The position numbers and the translations under genes are program-made. From positions 2,181,501-2,245,500 of the forward strand of contig OY969762.1 in assembly GCA_963702835.1 (NCBI GenBank): a stretch of 64,000 bases of DNA, read 5' to 3'. Numbering within the stretch: the first letter of the stretch is position 1; each line of letters begins with the position of its first letter. Below, one piece after another: positions 35,001 to 43,619 of this stretch. The stretch comes from Candidatus Aminicenantes bacterium (GTDB taxonomy: Bacteria > Acidobacteriota > Aminicenantia > Aminicenantales > JAFGAV01). Below the pieces are notes generated by a model that saw only the letters and a list, made by a program, of their open reading frames with translations, was not told the DNA's origin and ran no database searches.

Positions 35001-37484
35001 CTATCCGCCGACCCTGTCCAGCGCCTTAAGCAGGCGGCGGGCGTTCTTGGCCTTCTCCGCCAGCGGAATGTCATCCACCAGCGGCAACAAATAGGGTTTG
35101 ATGTCTTTGTCCAGCAGGCTGTCCAGCAGCTCGATCGAATAATCAATGGCCTTCTTGGTACCGGCCAGCAGGTTCTGATAGGCTTTGCGGATGTCCTCAG
35201 CCGGGTAGATGAGGCCGAGCAGAGCGAAGATGCTCTTCAGAAACCGAGACAGGGAGGGCTCCAGGCCGCGGGCTAAATCATCCTTCTTCTGTCCGGGGCT
35301 CAATTCGGTCAGCTCCTGGAGGCTCATATAGGATCGTTTGAGGAGGCGGAGCACGCCGCTGTCGATAATGGAATCAGAGAAAACAAGGTCGGGGTGGGCG
35401 GACTTGATTTTGGCCATGGCCTCGATCAGCTCGGCCTCCAGGTCCGCCCCGTCCCGGCCAAACTCCTGCTGCAGGATGTCGGCCGCCCGCTGGGTGCCGA
35501 TGCGGGCCAGAATGTCCGGAATGGCCCGCCGCAGCCGCAGGTCCTCTTGGGGGTCGGCCAGATAATCCTTGAGCGCGCCGACGATCTTCTCTCCGTATTC
35601 GACCAGCGCCCGGCTGGCCGCCTGAGCCACCGCCGGCCGGGCCAGGCCGGCCACGACGTAGGGCAGGAGGTCGCGCCGCTTCAAGCGGCCGGCGCTGTCT
35701 AGGGCATAGTTGGCCACTTCGGCTGATTCGTCCCGCAGCAAACGGACCAGGTTGCCGCCCAGCGTAGAATCGGCATCCATCAGGCCCAACGCTTTGGCCG
35801 CCTCCAAGCGGGCCGTCTCCGACTCCCGGCTGCGGCCGGCCATCACTTTTTTAAAATATCGGCCGATGGTTTCCTGATAAATGCTCAGGTTCATGATTTT
35901 CTGAACCTCGGCGTCGAGCGCCTCCTCGGGCAGGCTGTCGTCCAATTCCGGGAACAGCGTTTCGCCGTCCACCCCGAGGAGAGAATCCAGAGCTCCAGCC
36001 CGCAGCTCCCCCGACCGCTGGGCGATAATCCGCCTCAGTTCGGGGCTAAGCTGCTCGCGATGGATGAGGTCGTACAGGTTCATGGCATAAAGGACCGAAC
36101 TCCGGTTCCGGCTCTCCAGGGTATCGAACACGAGCTTGGTCATGTCCACATCGATCTGCTCCAGGACCAGGCGGTCGGCGTCCTCCCACTTGATCTTGAG
36201 GTGGTTCTTGACCTCTGAAGCGTATTCCCGGGTGATGAGGACGGCCAGGGCCGCCCAGCCCAGGGCGAAGGCGGCCGCCAGCAGGCTCACCCCCCGCACC
36301 GTGAGCGGAAGAACGAGGAGCAGGATGGCGGCGATGGCGTCGGCGAATTTGTTGACGAACATGTCGATGAAGACTTTGGCCTTGTATTTGATGTCCGCCG
36401 GGACGGGGATGTAGAGCAGTTCCCGAATGGACTGGTTCAGGGTATGGCTCAAGCTCTTATCCAAACCCTTGACCGGGACCGCCCAGAATAGGAGCGAGGC
36501 GACGGGCACGAAAAAGATGGCTCCTGCTCCCAGGACCATCAAGGCCGGCGCCACCAGCAAGCCGGTCAGAAGGCCGAAGTGCTTGAGGATACGGTTGGCC
36601 AGCAGAAGATTGAGCAGAGTGGAAAAGACCAGCAGCCCCAGGAAGAACGTGCCCAAAAAGGAGGTCAGGGCATCTTTATGGGGAAAAGCTTTATTCACGA
36701 TCGCGCTGAATTGGTAGTCCAGCAAGGTGGTCACCACAATGCCGGAGAGCATGAGCCCGGCCAGCAGGACGAGGTAGCGGTTCCGCCGCACGATTCGGAA
36801 GCTCTCCGCGTAGCCGACCTTCTGACGGTCGCGGCTGGCCGAAGCTTCGGGCTTGGCCTCCCCTTCCTCCCGCCGGAAGGCTCCCAGGCGGCGGACGACG
36901 AGCAGGGCCAGGGCCAGCAGGGCCGGGCAGATCAGGAGAAGGTTTTCGGTGCCGAGGACTTTGGCCAAGCGCCAGGCGAGGAGAGCGCCGGCCACCCCGC
37001 CCAGCAGCCCGCCGCTCACCAGGAAGGTCACCAGCCTCCGTGCCTGGCGCGGGTTGTAGATGTCGTTGACCATCATCCAGAATTGCATGACCGAGGTGAC
37101 GATAAACAAGTCGGACCAGAACCAGAATATAATGGACAGCCACGGCCAGCGGAAGCGGAACAGCCACCAGAAGAGAAACAGGTTGGAGATGAAAAACAGA
37201 AGGCTGGCGGAGAGGTAGGCCAGCCGGTCGAGCCGGGCCAGCAGCCGGGAGTTGAGGGAGACGGCCAGGATCATCAACGCGGCGGTGAGGAGGTAGGCGT
37301 AGGGCAGCCGCTCGATGTGCATCCTGTCCAGATAGAGCGACAGCTTGACGGGCTTGATGACATAGACGGCGAAGGTGATGAGGAAAAAATAGAGGAACAG
37401 CCCGAAAACCGGCCGGGATTCATCGGGCCGGACGTCGGTCAGGCGCTTCAGGAACCGATAGCCCAGGCCCTCCGGCCCCTTCAC
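35001..37484 (-). CDS. TLC/Npt-like (ATP:ADP antiporter family-like) MFS transporter fused to a C-terminal HEAT-repeat domain
   Basis: 827 aa. The N-terminus FLKRLTDVRPDESRPVFGLFLYFFLITFAVYVIKPVK plus about 11-12 TM helices resemble TLC/Npt carriers. The C-terminal ~380 aa is helical with PBS-lyase/HEAT-like repeats (ARLEAAKALG...LLRDESAEVANYALDSAG). GTG start in a GTGA overlap with the upstream paralog. Confidence 0.7.
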   Translation of the reverse strand: MKGPEGLGYRFLKRLTDVRPDESRPVFGLFLYFFLITFAVYVIKPVKLSLYLDRMHIERLPYAYLLTAALMILAVSLNSRLLARLDRLAYLSASLLFFISNLFLFWWLFRFRWPWLSIIFWFWSDLFIVTSVMQFWMMVNDIYNPRQARRLVTFLVSGGLLGGVAGALLAWRLAKVLGTENLLLICPALLALALLVVRRLGAFRREEGEAKPEASASRDRQKVGYAESFRIVRRNRYLVLLAGLMLSGIVVTTLLDYQFSAIVNKAFPHKDALTSFLGTFFLGLLVFSTLLNLLLANRILKHFGLLTGLLVAPALMVLGAGAIFFVPVASLLFWAVPVKGLDKSLSHTLNQSIRELLYIPVPADIKYKAKVFIDMFVNKFADAIAAILLLVLPLTVRGVSLLAAAFALGWAALAVLITREYASEVKNHLKIKWEDADRLVLEQIDVDMTKLVFDTLESRNRSSVLYAMNLYDLIHREQLSPELRRIIAQRSGELRAGALDSLLGVDGETLFPELDDSLPEEALDAEVQKIMNLSIYQETIGRYFKKVMAGRSRESETARLEAAKALGLMDADSTLGGNLVRLLRDESAEVANYALDSAGRLKRRDLLPYVVAGLARPAVAQAASRALVEYGEKIVGALKDYLADPQEDLRLRRAIPDILARIGTQRAADILQQEFGRDGADLEAELIEAMAKIKSAHPDLVFSDSIIDSGVLRLLKRSYMSLQELTELSPGQKKDDLARGLEPSLSRFLKSIFALLGLIYPAEDIRKAYQNLLAGTKKAIDYSIELLDSLLDKDIKPYLLPLVDDIPLAEKAKNARRLLKALDRVGG

Positions 37485-39970
37485 GGCCGCGCCTCCGGCA
37501 GGTCTTTCAACAGGGAGCGGAAGCGCCGCACCCGCTCGCGGAGCGGATAGTCCTCCAAGATGGGGAACAGGGCATCCCTGATGTTTGTGTTCAAGAAACT
37601 GTCCAGGAGCTCCAGGGCATAGGCCCTGGATTCCCGGGTTCCGGACAGCCAGTTCTGGTAAGCTTTGAAAATATCTTCATGGGCATAGACCAGGCCCACA
37701 AGCTTGAAAATGCTTAAAAGGACCGCTTCCAGAGTCCTGGGCCGGTCCGGCCCTTCGGCCTTAACCGTTCCATCGCCGGAGCCCTCCTTGGCCTCGGCCA
37801 GAAAGGCCTGATAGTAGCGCTTGAATTCCTGCTCGAGCTTTTTCAGGACCAAGGCCGGATCAAAACTGACCTTGGCCTGGCCGGACCGGACCCTGTCCAG
37901 GGCGTCGATGATTTCGTCATCCAGGTCCCCTTGGCCGCAGCCGAGTTGCCAGAGCAAAAAATCCACGGCCTCCTGGTTCCCCACCCGGCCCAGAGCGGCG
38001 GCCATGTTTTTCCGCCGCTCCAAAGGCTCATGAACATCGGCCAAATGGTCGGCCAGGGTCCCAGCGATCCTGGCCCCGTATCTCTCCAGGGCCTCGGCGG
38101 CGTCCTGCCTGAACCTGGGGTCGCCCAGCCGCCGCACCAACTCGGGCACAAACTCCCGGCGGCCCGATCGTCCGGCGCTGTCTATGGCGTAGCGGACAAC
38201 CTCGGCCGAATCGTCTGCCAGCAGATCCTCCAGCCGCTGCACCAGGGGGGATTGTCCGGGCAGGAGGCCCAGCATCTTGGCGATTTCCATGCGGGTCACG
38301 GCGTCGGTGGCTTTTCGCTCCCCCAGAGTCCGCTCCAGGTAGCCCTGCATGACCTCCTGATAGACGTCCAGGGCCATGATCTCCTCGACATCGCGCTTCA
38401 GCGCCTCCTCCTCGGGCGCGCTGAATACTTGGGCCAGCGGCCCGGCCGACTCCGACTCGATCAAGCCGGCCAAGGCCGAGGGCCGCCCCTCCTCGGGCTC
38501 GGCCAGGAGAAGCGTTCTGACCTCGGGGGTCAGCTTGTTCTGCCGGATAAGCTCGTAGACATGCAGGGCGTAGAGGACCGGGCTCCGCCGTCGGCTTTCC
38601 AGCAGGTCGAAGACGGTTTTGGTGAAAGCGACATCCACCTGCACCTCGACCAGACGATCCCCGCGGTCCCAGCGGCCGCGCAGTTTTTCCTTGATGAGGC
38701 GCACGTAATCGGAGCCGGCGCGGAAGTTGAGCCCGATCCAGGCCACCAGACAGAGGAGCGACAGGAAGCTGACTTTCAACAAATCATGGGGCCAGGGCAG
38801 GGCCAAAGCCCCCAGCAGCAGAAGAGCCCCCAGGGTCCTGGAAAGACGATTGAGGAACATGTCGATAAAGACCTTGGCCCGGTATTTCTGCTCGGGAGCC
38901 ACCGGAAAATAGAGCAGTTCGCGGGCGGACTGGTTGACCGAATAGGACAGGCTTTTCTCGCTGCCCTTGAGGGCCACGGCCAAGGCCAGCACCGGCCAGG
39001 CCGTGAGGCCCAGGGTGCAGGCCAGGATGATCACCGGGTAGAGAAGGAGAATGCGGCGTATTCCGTAACGGTCCACGAAGCGGCTGGTGCCCAGGAATTG
39101 GAGCAAGAAGGAGAAGACCAGCAGCCCGGAATTGAACAGGCCGAAAAAGGAGGTCAGGTTGCCCCTGACCGTCCTCTCGATGACGTGCTTGGACTGCCAG
39201 TCGATGAAGGTGGCGATCAGGCCGGAGAGCAGGACGATCCCGGCCAGGAGGCGGAGGTAACGGTCCTGCCGGACGGTCTGCAGGCCATCCCTGAAGCCCG
39301 CCTTCTCCTGACCGGCCGAACGGCCGGCCGTCTGGGCCGGACCGGGGGGAGCCTCAGCCGCCCGTTTTCTCTGCTGGCCATAGACCCGATTCACGACCGG
39401 GATGGCGGCACACAGCAGGCCGCCGCTCAGCCACAACAGATTGTAGGACCATCGATCGGCCAATACATAAGTCAGGAGGCCGCCCAGGATGCCGCCCAGA
39501 ATGCCGCCGCTGACGATGAAACCGATGAGCCGTTTGGCCTCCCGGGGATTGTACACATCATTGACCGCGATCCAGAACTGGGTCATCAGGACCACGGCCA
39601 GAACATTGGCCCACACATAGTAGACCAGAACCAGCCACTTTCCGCTGCGGGGAAAAAGAAAAAAGAAGGCCGTGCCGGTCAGGGCGAAAAAAAGCAGAGT
39701 GGCGACGAGCAGCGATTGCCGCCTGACCCGGGCCTGGAGCCTGGCCATGAAGGCGGCCACCAGGGCAACGAAAAAGGTCGTGGCGTAGGCCAGGGGAAGG
39801 TTCTCCGAACCCAGCCGGTTGAGGAAGCTCGCGTCCCTGATGCTCTTGAAGATGGTGAAAGGCGCGGTAATGAGGAAGAAATAGAAGAAAAAGAGGAGTG
39901 CGGTCGCCTCCTCGCCGGGCTTGACCCACGGCAGGCGCGGGAAGAACCTTGAAGGCCGATCCATCCGCAT
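37481..39970 (-). CDS. TLC/Npt-like MFS transporter fused to a C-terminal HEAT-repeat domain (paralog)
   Basis: 829 aa with the same architecture as 35001..37484 (PGEEATALLFFFYFFLITAPFTIFKSIRDA...; C-terminal LLADDSAEVVRYAIDSAGRSG...). Confidence 0.7.
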   Translation of the reverse strand: MRMDRPSRFFPRLPWVKPGEEATALLFFFYFFLITAPFTIFKSIRDASFLNRLGSENLPLAYATTFFVALVAAFMARLQARVRRQSLLVATLLFFALTGTAFFFLFPRSGKWLVLVYYVWANVLAVVLMTQFWIAVNDVYNPREAKRLIGFIVSGGILGGILGGLLTYVLADRWSYNLLWLSGGLLCAAIPVVNRVYGQQRKRAAEAPPGPAQTAGRSAGQEKAGFRDGLQTVRQDRYLRLLAGIVLLSGLIATFIDWQSKHVIERTVRGNLTSFFGLFNSGLLVFSFLLQFLGTSRFVDRYGIRRILLLYPVIILACTLGLTAWPVLALAVALKGSEKSLSYSVNQSARELLYFPVAPEQKYRAKVFIDMFLNRLSRTLGALLLLGALALPWPHDLLKVSFLSLLCLVAWIGLNFRAGSDYVRLIKEKLRGRWDRGDRLVEVQVDVAFTKTVFDLLESRRRSPVLYALHVYELIRQNKLTPEVRTLLLAEPEEGRPSALAGLIESESAGPLAQVFSAPEEEALKRDVEEIMALDVYQEVMQGYLERTLGERKATDAVTRMEIAKMLGLLPGQSPLVQRLEDLLADDSAEVVRYAIDSAGRSGRREFVPELVRRLGDPRFRQDAAEALERYGARIAGTLADHLADVHEPLERRKNMAAALGRVGNQEAVDFLLWQLGCGQGDLDDEIIDALDRVRSGQAKVSFDPALVLKKLEQEFKRYYQAFLAEAKEGSGDGTVKAEGPDRPRTLEAVLLSIFKLVGLVYAHEDIFKAYQNWLSGTRESRAYALELLDSFLNTNIRDALFPILEDYPLRERVRRFRSLLKDLPEARP

Positions 39971-40004
39971 CCTTCGCCTTTAGGCGTTCGGTCCGGCCCG
40001 GGTC

Positions 40005-40352
40005 TCAGTCCTTGAGAAAACTCTGCAGGGCCATCTCCTCTTCGTCAAAGATCTCCAGCACCTTGGTCAGCATGGTGATTTGGAAGATGAGATAGAGCTT
40101 CTTGGAAATCCGGGCGATTTTGAGCTTGCCGCCCAGGTTGTGAGTGGAGATGTAGCTGGCCAGGATCTCGCCTACGCCGAAGCTGTCGATGAACTCGACC
40201 TTTTCAAAATTGAGCAGGATGTGCTTCTTCCCGGATTCGAGCTGGTCCTTGACCAGTTGATGGAGGGTCAGGTCGGTGATGTCGGAGCGTCTGATCTCCC
40301 CCTCGATATCGAAAATAACGATATCGTTCTTTTCGCGTTTCTTGATGTCCAT
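40005..40352 (-). CDS. STAS-domain anti-sigma-factor antagonist-like protein (SpoIIAA/RsbV type)
   Basis: 115 aa. NFEKVEFIDSFGVGEIL keeps the phosphorylatable Ser of the DSSG-type motif. It is the first gene of the minus-strand operon. Confidence 0.85.
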   Translation of the reverse strand: MDIKKREKNDIVIFDIEGEIRRSDITDLTLHQLVKDQLESGKKHILLNFEKVEFIDSFGVGEILASYISTHNLGGKLKIARISKKLYLIFQITMLTKVLEIFDEEEMALQSFLKD

Positions 40353-40414
40353 CGGTTGTCCCTACCCTTCGCCGGGAACGATCGCCCTATGGAATGAGAT
40401 TGGCGCTACCCTAG

Positions 40415-40443
40415 CTTTTACCAGAAGACGGCCGGCCTGTCAA
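40415..40443 (-). promoter_or_regulatory. Putative sigma70 promoter of the STAS-led operon
   Basis: On the minus strand: TTGACA (40443..40438), 17 nt spacer, TAAAAG (40420..40415), about 60 nt upstream of ATG 40352. Confidence 0.4.
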
Positions 40444-40749
40444 TCAAAGAGGGAAGGCATCCTTTTTTCCTTGATTTGAAGCGATAAGGATGGGTCCTGT
40501 CGCGGTGCATTCCCTGAATGTCCACATCATAATAACAGGCCGGGAAGCTGGCCGGAGCGGTCTCGCTCCCGGGAAGGTTTTTAACGCCGTTCCCTGATGG
40601 TCGCTGCGACCGCCCCGGCCATCTCCCCTTCGAGAAAAACTCATTAAATTTGATTCAGATACATAGGGGTTAGCACCGCGCCACCCATCCACTTTGTCTC
40701 TCCGGATGCTTATCGGAAAAAAGGATACCTTTAAAAAGGGAAGATAAAC

Positions 40750-40778
40750 TTGAACAATCTTGGCTGTTCTTCTAGTAT
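40750..40778 (+). promoter_or_regulatory. Putative sigma70 promoter of the phosphatase/kinase-like operon
   Basis: TTGAAC (40750..40755), 17 nt spacer, TAGTAT (40773..40778), about 30 nt upstream of ATG 40811. Confidence 0.4.
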
Positions 40779-40810
40779 TTAAATGGAGAATAAATAAGAA
40801 AGGACGGGAA

Positions 40811-41851
40811 ATGAAAAGAAAAGCAGGTCTCAAAATCCTGCTTGGATTGTTAGCCTTCTGCCTGCCCCTGTGCGCCGAGACCCCCTGTATCTGGACGGGA
40901 GTGGAGCGGATCGTAGCCGTGGGCGACCTGCACGGCGATTATGCCAATTTCGTCGCCATCCTTGAAGGAACGAATGTTGTGAACCGAGACCTCCACTGGG
41001 TCGCCGGCCGGACTCATCTGGTCCAGACCGGCGACATCCTGGACCGGGGGCCCGAAGGCAAGAATATCTTCAACCTTTTGATAAACTTGGAAAGAGAGGC
41101 TGAGGCCGCAGGGGGGCATGTCCACTGCCTGACCGGCAACCATGAGGAAATGAACATGGCGGGCATCGCCTTTGATTATCCCGAGTATATGACCGTGGAG
41201 CAGTTCCTGTCTTTCCTGCCCGATGGCTACCAACAAATGAGAGAAAGCCGGTTTCGGCAAAGATGGGTAGCCCAGAATCGCTCCGCCACTCGCGACGATG
41301 GTCCGCCGCGTAAAGCTTTGCACGATTTCTGGACGGAGGTGATCAGCTCCGACCAGGAGGCCCGGTCCCAATATCTCAAATTTTTTCGCCAACACTACGG
41401 CCAGTGGATCGCCCAGCACAATGCCGTGATCAAGATCAACGAGACGGTCTTCGCTCACGGCGGCATCAACGAGAAATATTCCTTGAAGCCGCTGGCCGAG
41501 ATCAACGACATGGTGCGTTCCGATTTTCAGGACCTTTTAAGCCAAAGACAATTTATCCCCAAGGTTCTCTATGCCCGCGACAGCCCGATGTGGGATCGCG
41601 ATCTGGCCCAGCAGGACGAGGCCCTCTTTGAGGACACGGTGAATTCGATCCTGGCCCATCTCGGAGCCCGGCACATCGTCATCGCCCACACGCGCCTGAC
41701 CCCCCCTTCGGCCAAAGCCATGGAACGTTTCGGGGGGAAAGTGTGGGACATCGATACGGGCATTTCCTCGTTCTACGGCGGTCATCTGAGTGCCTTGATA
41801 ATCGAAGGGGATAATTTTCAGGTTTGGGGGTTGAGCGATGAACATAACTAA
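40811..41851 (+). CDS. Exported PPP-family (calcineurin-like/Shelph-like) metallophosphatase
   Basis: Signal peptide MKRKAGLKILLGLLAFCLPLCA, with the GDLHGD, GDILDRG and GNHE motifs in canonical order. The track ORF starts earlier (40760). Confidence 0.85.
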   Translation: MKRKAGLKILLGLLAFCLPLCAETPCIWTGVERIVAVGDLHGDYANFVAILEGTNVVNRDLHWVAGRTHLVQTGDILDRGPEGKNIFNLLINLEREAEAAGGHVHCLTGNHEEMNMAGIAFDYPEYMTVEQFLSFLPDGYQQMRESRFRQRWVAQNRSATRDDGPPRKALHDFWTEVISSDQEARSQYLKFFRQHYGQWIAQHNAVIKINETVFAHGGINEKYSLKPLAEINDMVRSDFQDLLSQRQFIPKVLYARDSPMWDRDLAQQDEALFEDTVNSILAHLGARHIVIAHTRLTPPSAKAMERFGGKVWDIDTGISSFYGGHLSALIIEGDNFQVWGLSDEHN

Positions 41852-42641
41852 AAACTTAGGGCTGGCGGCCCTTATGTTGACCGGAATCGGCTTGAGCCTG
41901 GCCTGCCGGCCGCGAACTATGCCCCCCCCGCCCTCTCCCGGCGAGCTTCTGGAACGGTTCCTGCTCGAAGCGCGGGTAACCGCCGTGGCCAAAGAACTTC
42001 AGTCAGGCCGGATGAGTGCCTGGCTGGTGACGCTCAATGACGGGAAAACGACGCGGAAGGCCTTCTTCAAATCCGTCCGCCGGCCAAGGCCGACCCTGAT
42101 GCCTGACAGCTACACCTATGAGCTGGCCGCTTTTGCGCTAAACAAACTCCTCGGCTTGGAACTAGTGCCGATAACTGTGGAGAGGCAAATCGACGGCCGG
42201 AGCGGCTCTCTGCAGCTGTTTCTGGAAGGCGTTGAAACAGAAAAGTCCAGGCTGCTCAAAAATCTCCAACCTCCGGATCTGCAGGCCTATCAGGATCAAC
42301 TTGATGAGATCACCCTGTTGGAAAACCTGACCTGTACCCCCCGGCAGGATCTGGGAGATATTCTGATCCAGACGGACACCTGGAAGGTGTGGCGGGTAGA
42401 TTTTTCGGAAGCCTTCATGCCGGCCAGGGAGCTCCAGCCGGAACGTCTCATCCGGCGCGCCTCACGAAGGTTCGTCAATGCCCTGCGCAACTTGGACGAA
42501 GCGCTGGCCCGGCGGAGGCTGGCCCGCTATCTCAATGCCTCCGAAATGGAGGCCTTGTTCAAACGCCGGCAGCTCATTCTCGACGAGATTGACCGGCTCA
42601 TCAAAGAAAAAGGAGAAGCCGCCGTCCTTTTTTCTCCTTAG
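41838..42641 (+). CDS. Exported PI3K/PI4K-like kinase-fold paralog 1 (catalytic motifs degenerate; probable pseudokinase)
   Basis: 267 aa with a hydrophobic N-terminus ending LSLAC. It aligns with paralogs 2 and 3 (DSYTYELAAFALNKLLGLELVP, GSLQLF), but the catalytic loop reads TCTPRQDLGDIL and VDFSEAF. 14-nt overlap with the phosphatase gene. Confidence 0.55.
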   Translation: MNITKNLGLAALMLTGIGLSLACRPRTMPPPPSPGELLERFLLEARVTAVAKELQSGRMSAWLVTLNDGKTTRKAFFKSVRRPRPTLMPDSYTYELAAFALNKLLGLELVPITVERQIDGRSGSLQLFLEGVETEKSRLLKNLQPPDLQAYQDQLDEITLLENLTCTPRQDLGDILIQTDTWKVWRVDFSEAFMPARELQPERLIRRASRRFVNALRNLDEALARRRLARYLNASEMEALFKRRQLILDEIDRLIKEKGEAAVLFSP

Positions 42642-42751
42642 CTTTCCCCGGCCTGACACATCCGCCCATGTTGATATTTGATTTTAGCCGGCGTCTTATT
42701 TAAGATAAGGCCATAAGGGAGCGGAAGCACGAGCCGGCGGGGAGAAAATAA

Positions 42752-43591
42752 ATGAAAAAGGGGCGAACAGCCGTATGTGCCGTTTTCATTTTTCTGGCCC
42801 TGGGCTGGGGCCAGCGCGCTGGGGGGCAGTTCACCGCCGCCGAGCTGGCCCAACGGCCGAAATGGGAAGAATTCCTCAAGACGGCCGAGATCGTCAAATG
42901 GGAGGATATCGGCGAGGGCGTGACCAAGCCGGTGAAGCTCTATCTCCAGAAAGGCGACTTGGAAGCCAAAGCGGTGTGGAAGAATCCCAGCGCCATCCAG
43001 ATGGGTGTCCCGGACAGCTGGACATACGAAATCGCCGCCTATGAGATGGACAAGCTCATCGGGTTGAACATGGCGCCGCCCACCGTGGAGCGGGAATTCC
43101 AGGGCAAGAAGGGATCGCTCCAGCTGTGGGCCACGACCAAGTACTCCTTGCTCAAGATCATGGAGCAGGGACTCTCCATCCCGGAAGCGGCCCGGGAGAG
43201 CACCGACAAGATGAAATATGTCGTCCGAGTGTTCGACTGCCTGATCGCCAACGACGACCGAACCCAACAGAACCTCTTGTACACCGAGGACTGGCGGACG
43301 ATCGTCATCGATCATTCCCGGGCCTTCCGCTCCACCAAAGAGTATGTCCAGAGGCTGGTCTATGGTCGAAACGGCATTAAGAGCGCCGAGGGACGGCTCC
43401 TTCTCTTTCGCCGCGTCCCGCGGAGCCTGGTGGACAGTATCCGAGCTCTCGACGCAAACAAGATCCGTCAGGCCGTCGGCCCTTATCTCAGCGAAGAAGA
43501 GATCCAGGCCGTCATGGCCCGGCAAAAACTCCTGCTTGAGGAGATCGCCCTCATGATCAAAGAGCAGGGGGAAAACGCGGTCTTATACTGA
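42752..43591 (+). CDS. Exported PI3K/PI4K-like kinase-fold paralog 2
   Basis: 279 aa with a signal peptide, AVWK, DSWTYEIAAYEMDKLIGLNMAPPT, LIANDDRTQQNLL and VIDHSRAF. Confidence 0.6.
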   Translation: MKKGRTAVCAVFIFLALGWGQRAGGQFTAAELAQRPKWEEFLKTAEIVKWEDIGEGVTKPVKLYLQKGDLEAKAVWKNPSAIQMGVPDSWTYEIAAYEMDKLIGLNMAPPTVEREFQGKKGSLQLWATTKYSLLKIMEQGLSIPEAARESTDKMKYVVRVFDCLIANDDRTQQNLLYTEDWRTIVIDHSRAFRSTKEYVQRLVYGRNGIKSAEGRLLLFRRVPRSLVDSIRALDANKIRQAVGPYLSEEEIQAVMARQKLLLEEIALMIKEQGENAVLY

Positions 43592-43619
43592 TTCTTATGA
43601 TGTCCAAGGGAGGGGAAGG

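Noticed and set aside
37931-39952. Very long plus-strand ORF (673 aa). Similar long ORFs lie opposite real genes: 3017..4345, 8636..9679, 12871..14652, 14672..15934, 24926..25930, 26137..27108, 27433..28461, 29477..31054, 31839..33263, 36579..37550, 46482..47363, 48032..49021, 49355..51574, 51468..52745, 57519..58463, 62935..63765.
   Set aside because: All lie antisense to ORFs with clear family motifs. Their translations are G/A/R/P/Q/D-rich and low in complexity with no recognisable motifs. This is typical of stop-poor antisense frames in GC-rich DNA.
40437-40480. Imperfect ~18-bp hairpin (TCAATCAAAGAGGGAAGG-cat-CCTTTTTTCCTTGATTTGA) as a terminator.
   Set aside because: It sits between divergent promoters with no gene to terminate. 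It needs several G-U pairs and a bulge, and it overlaps the putative -35 of the STAS promoter. If anything it is more likely regulatory.
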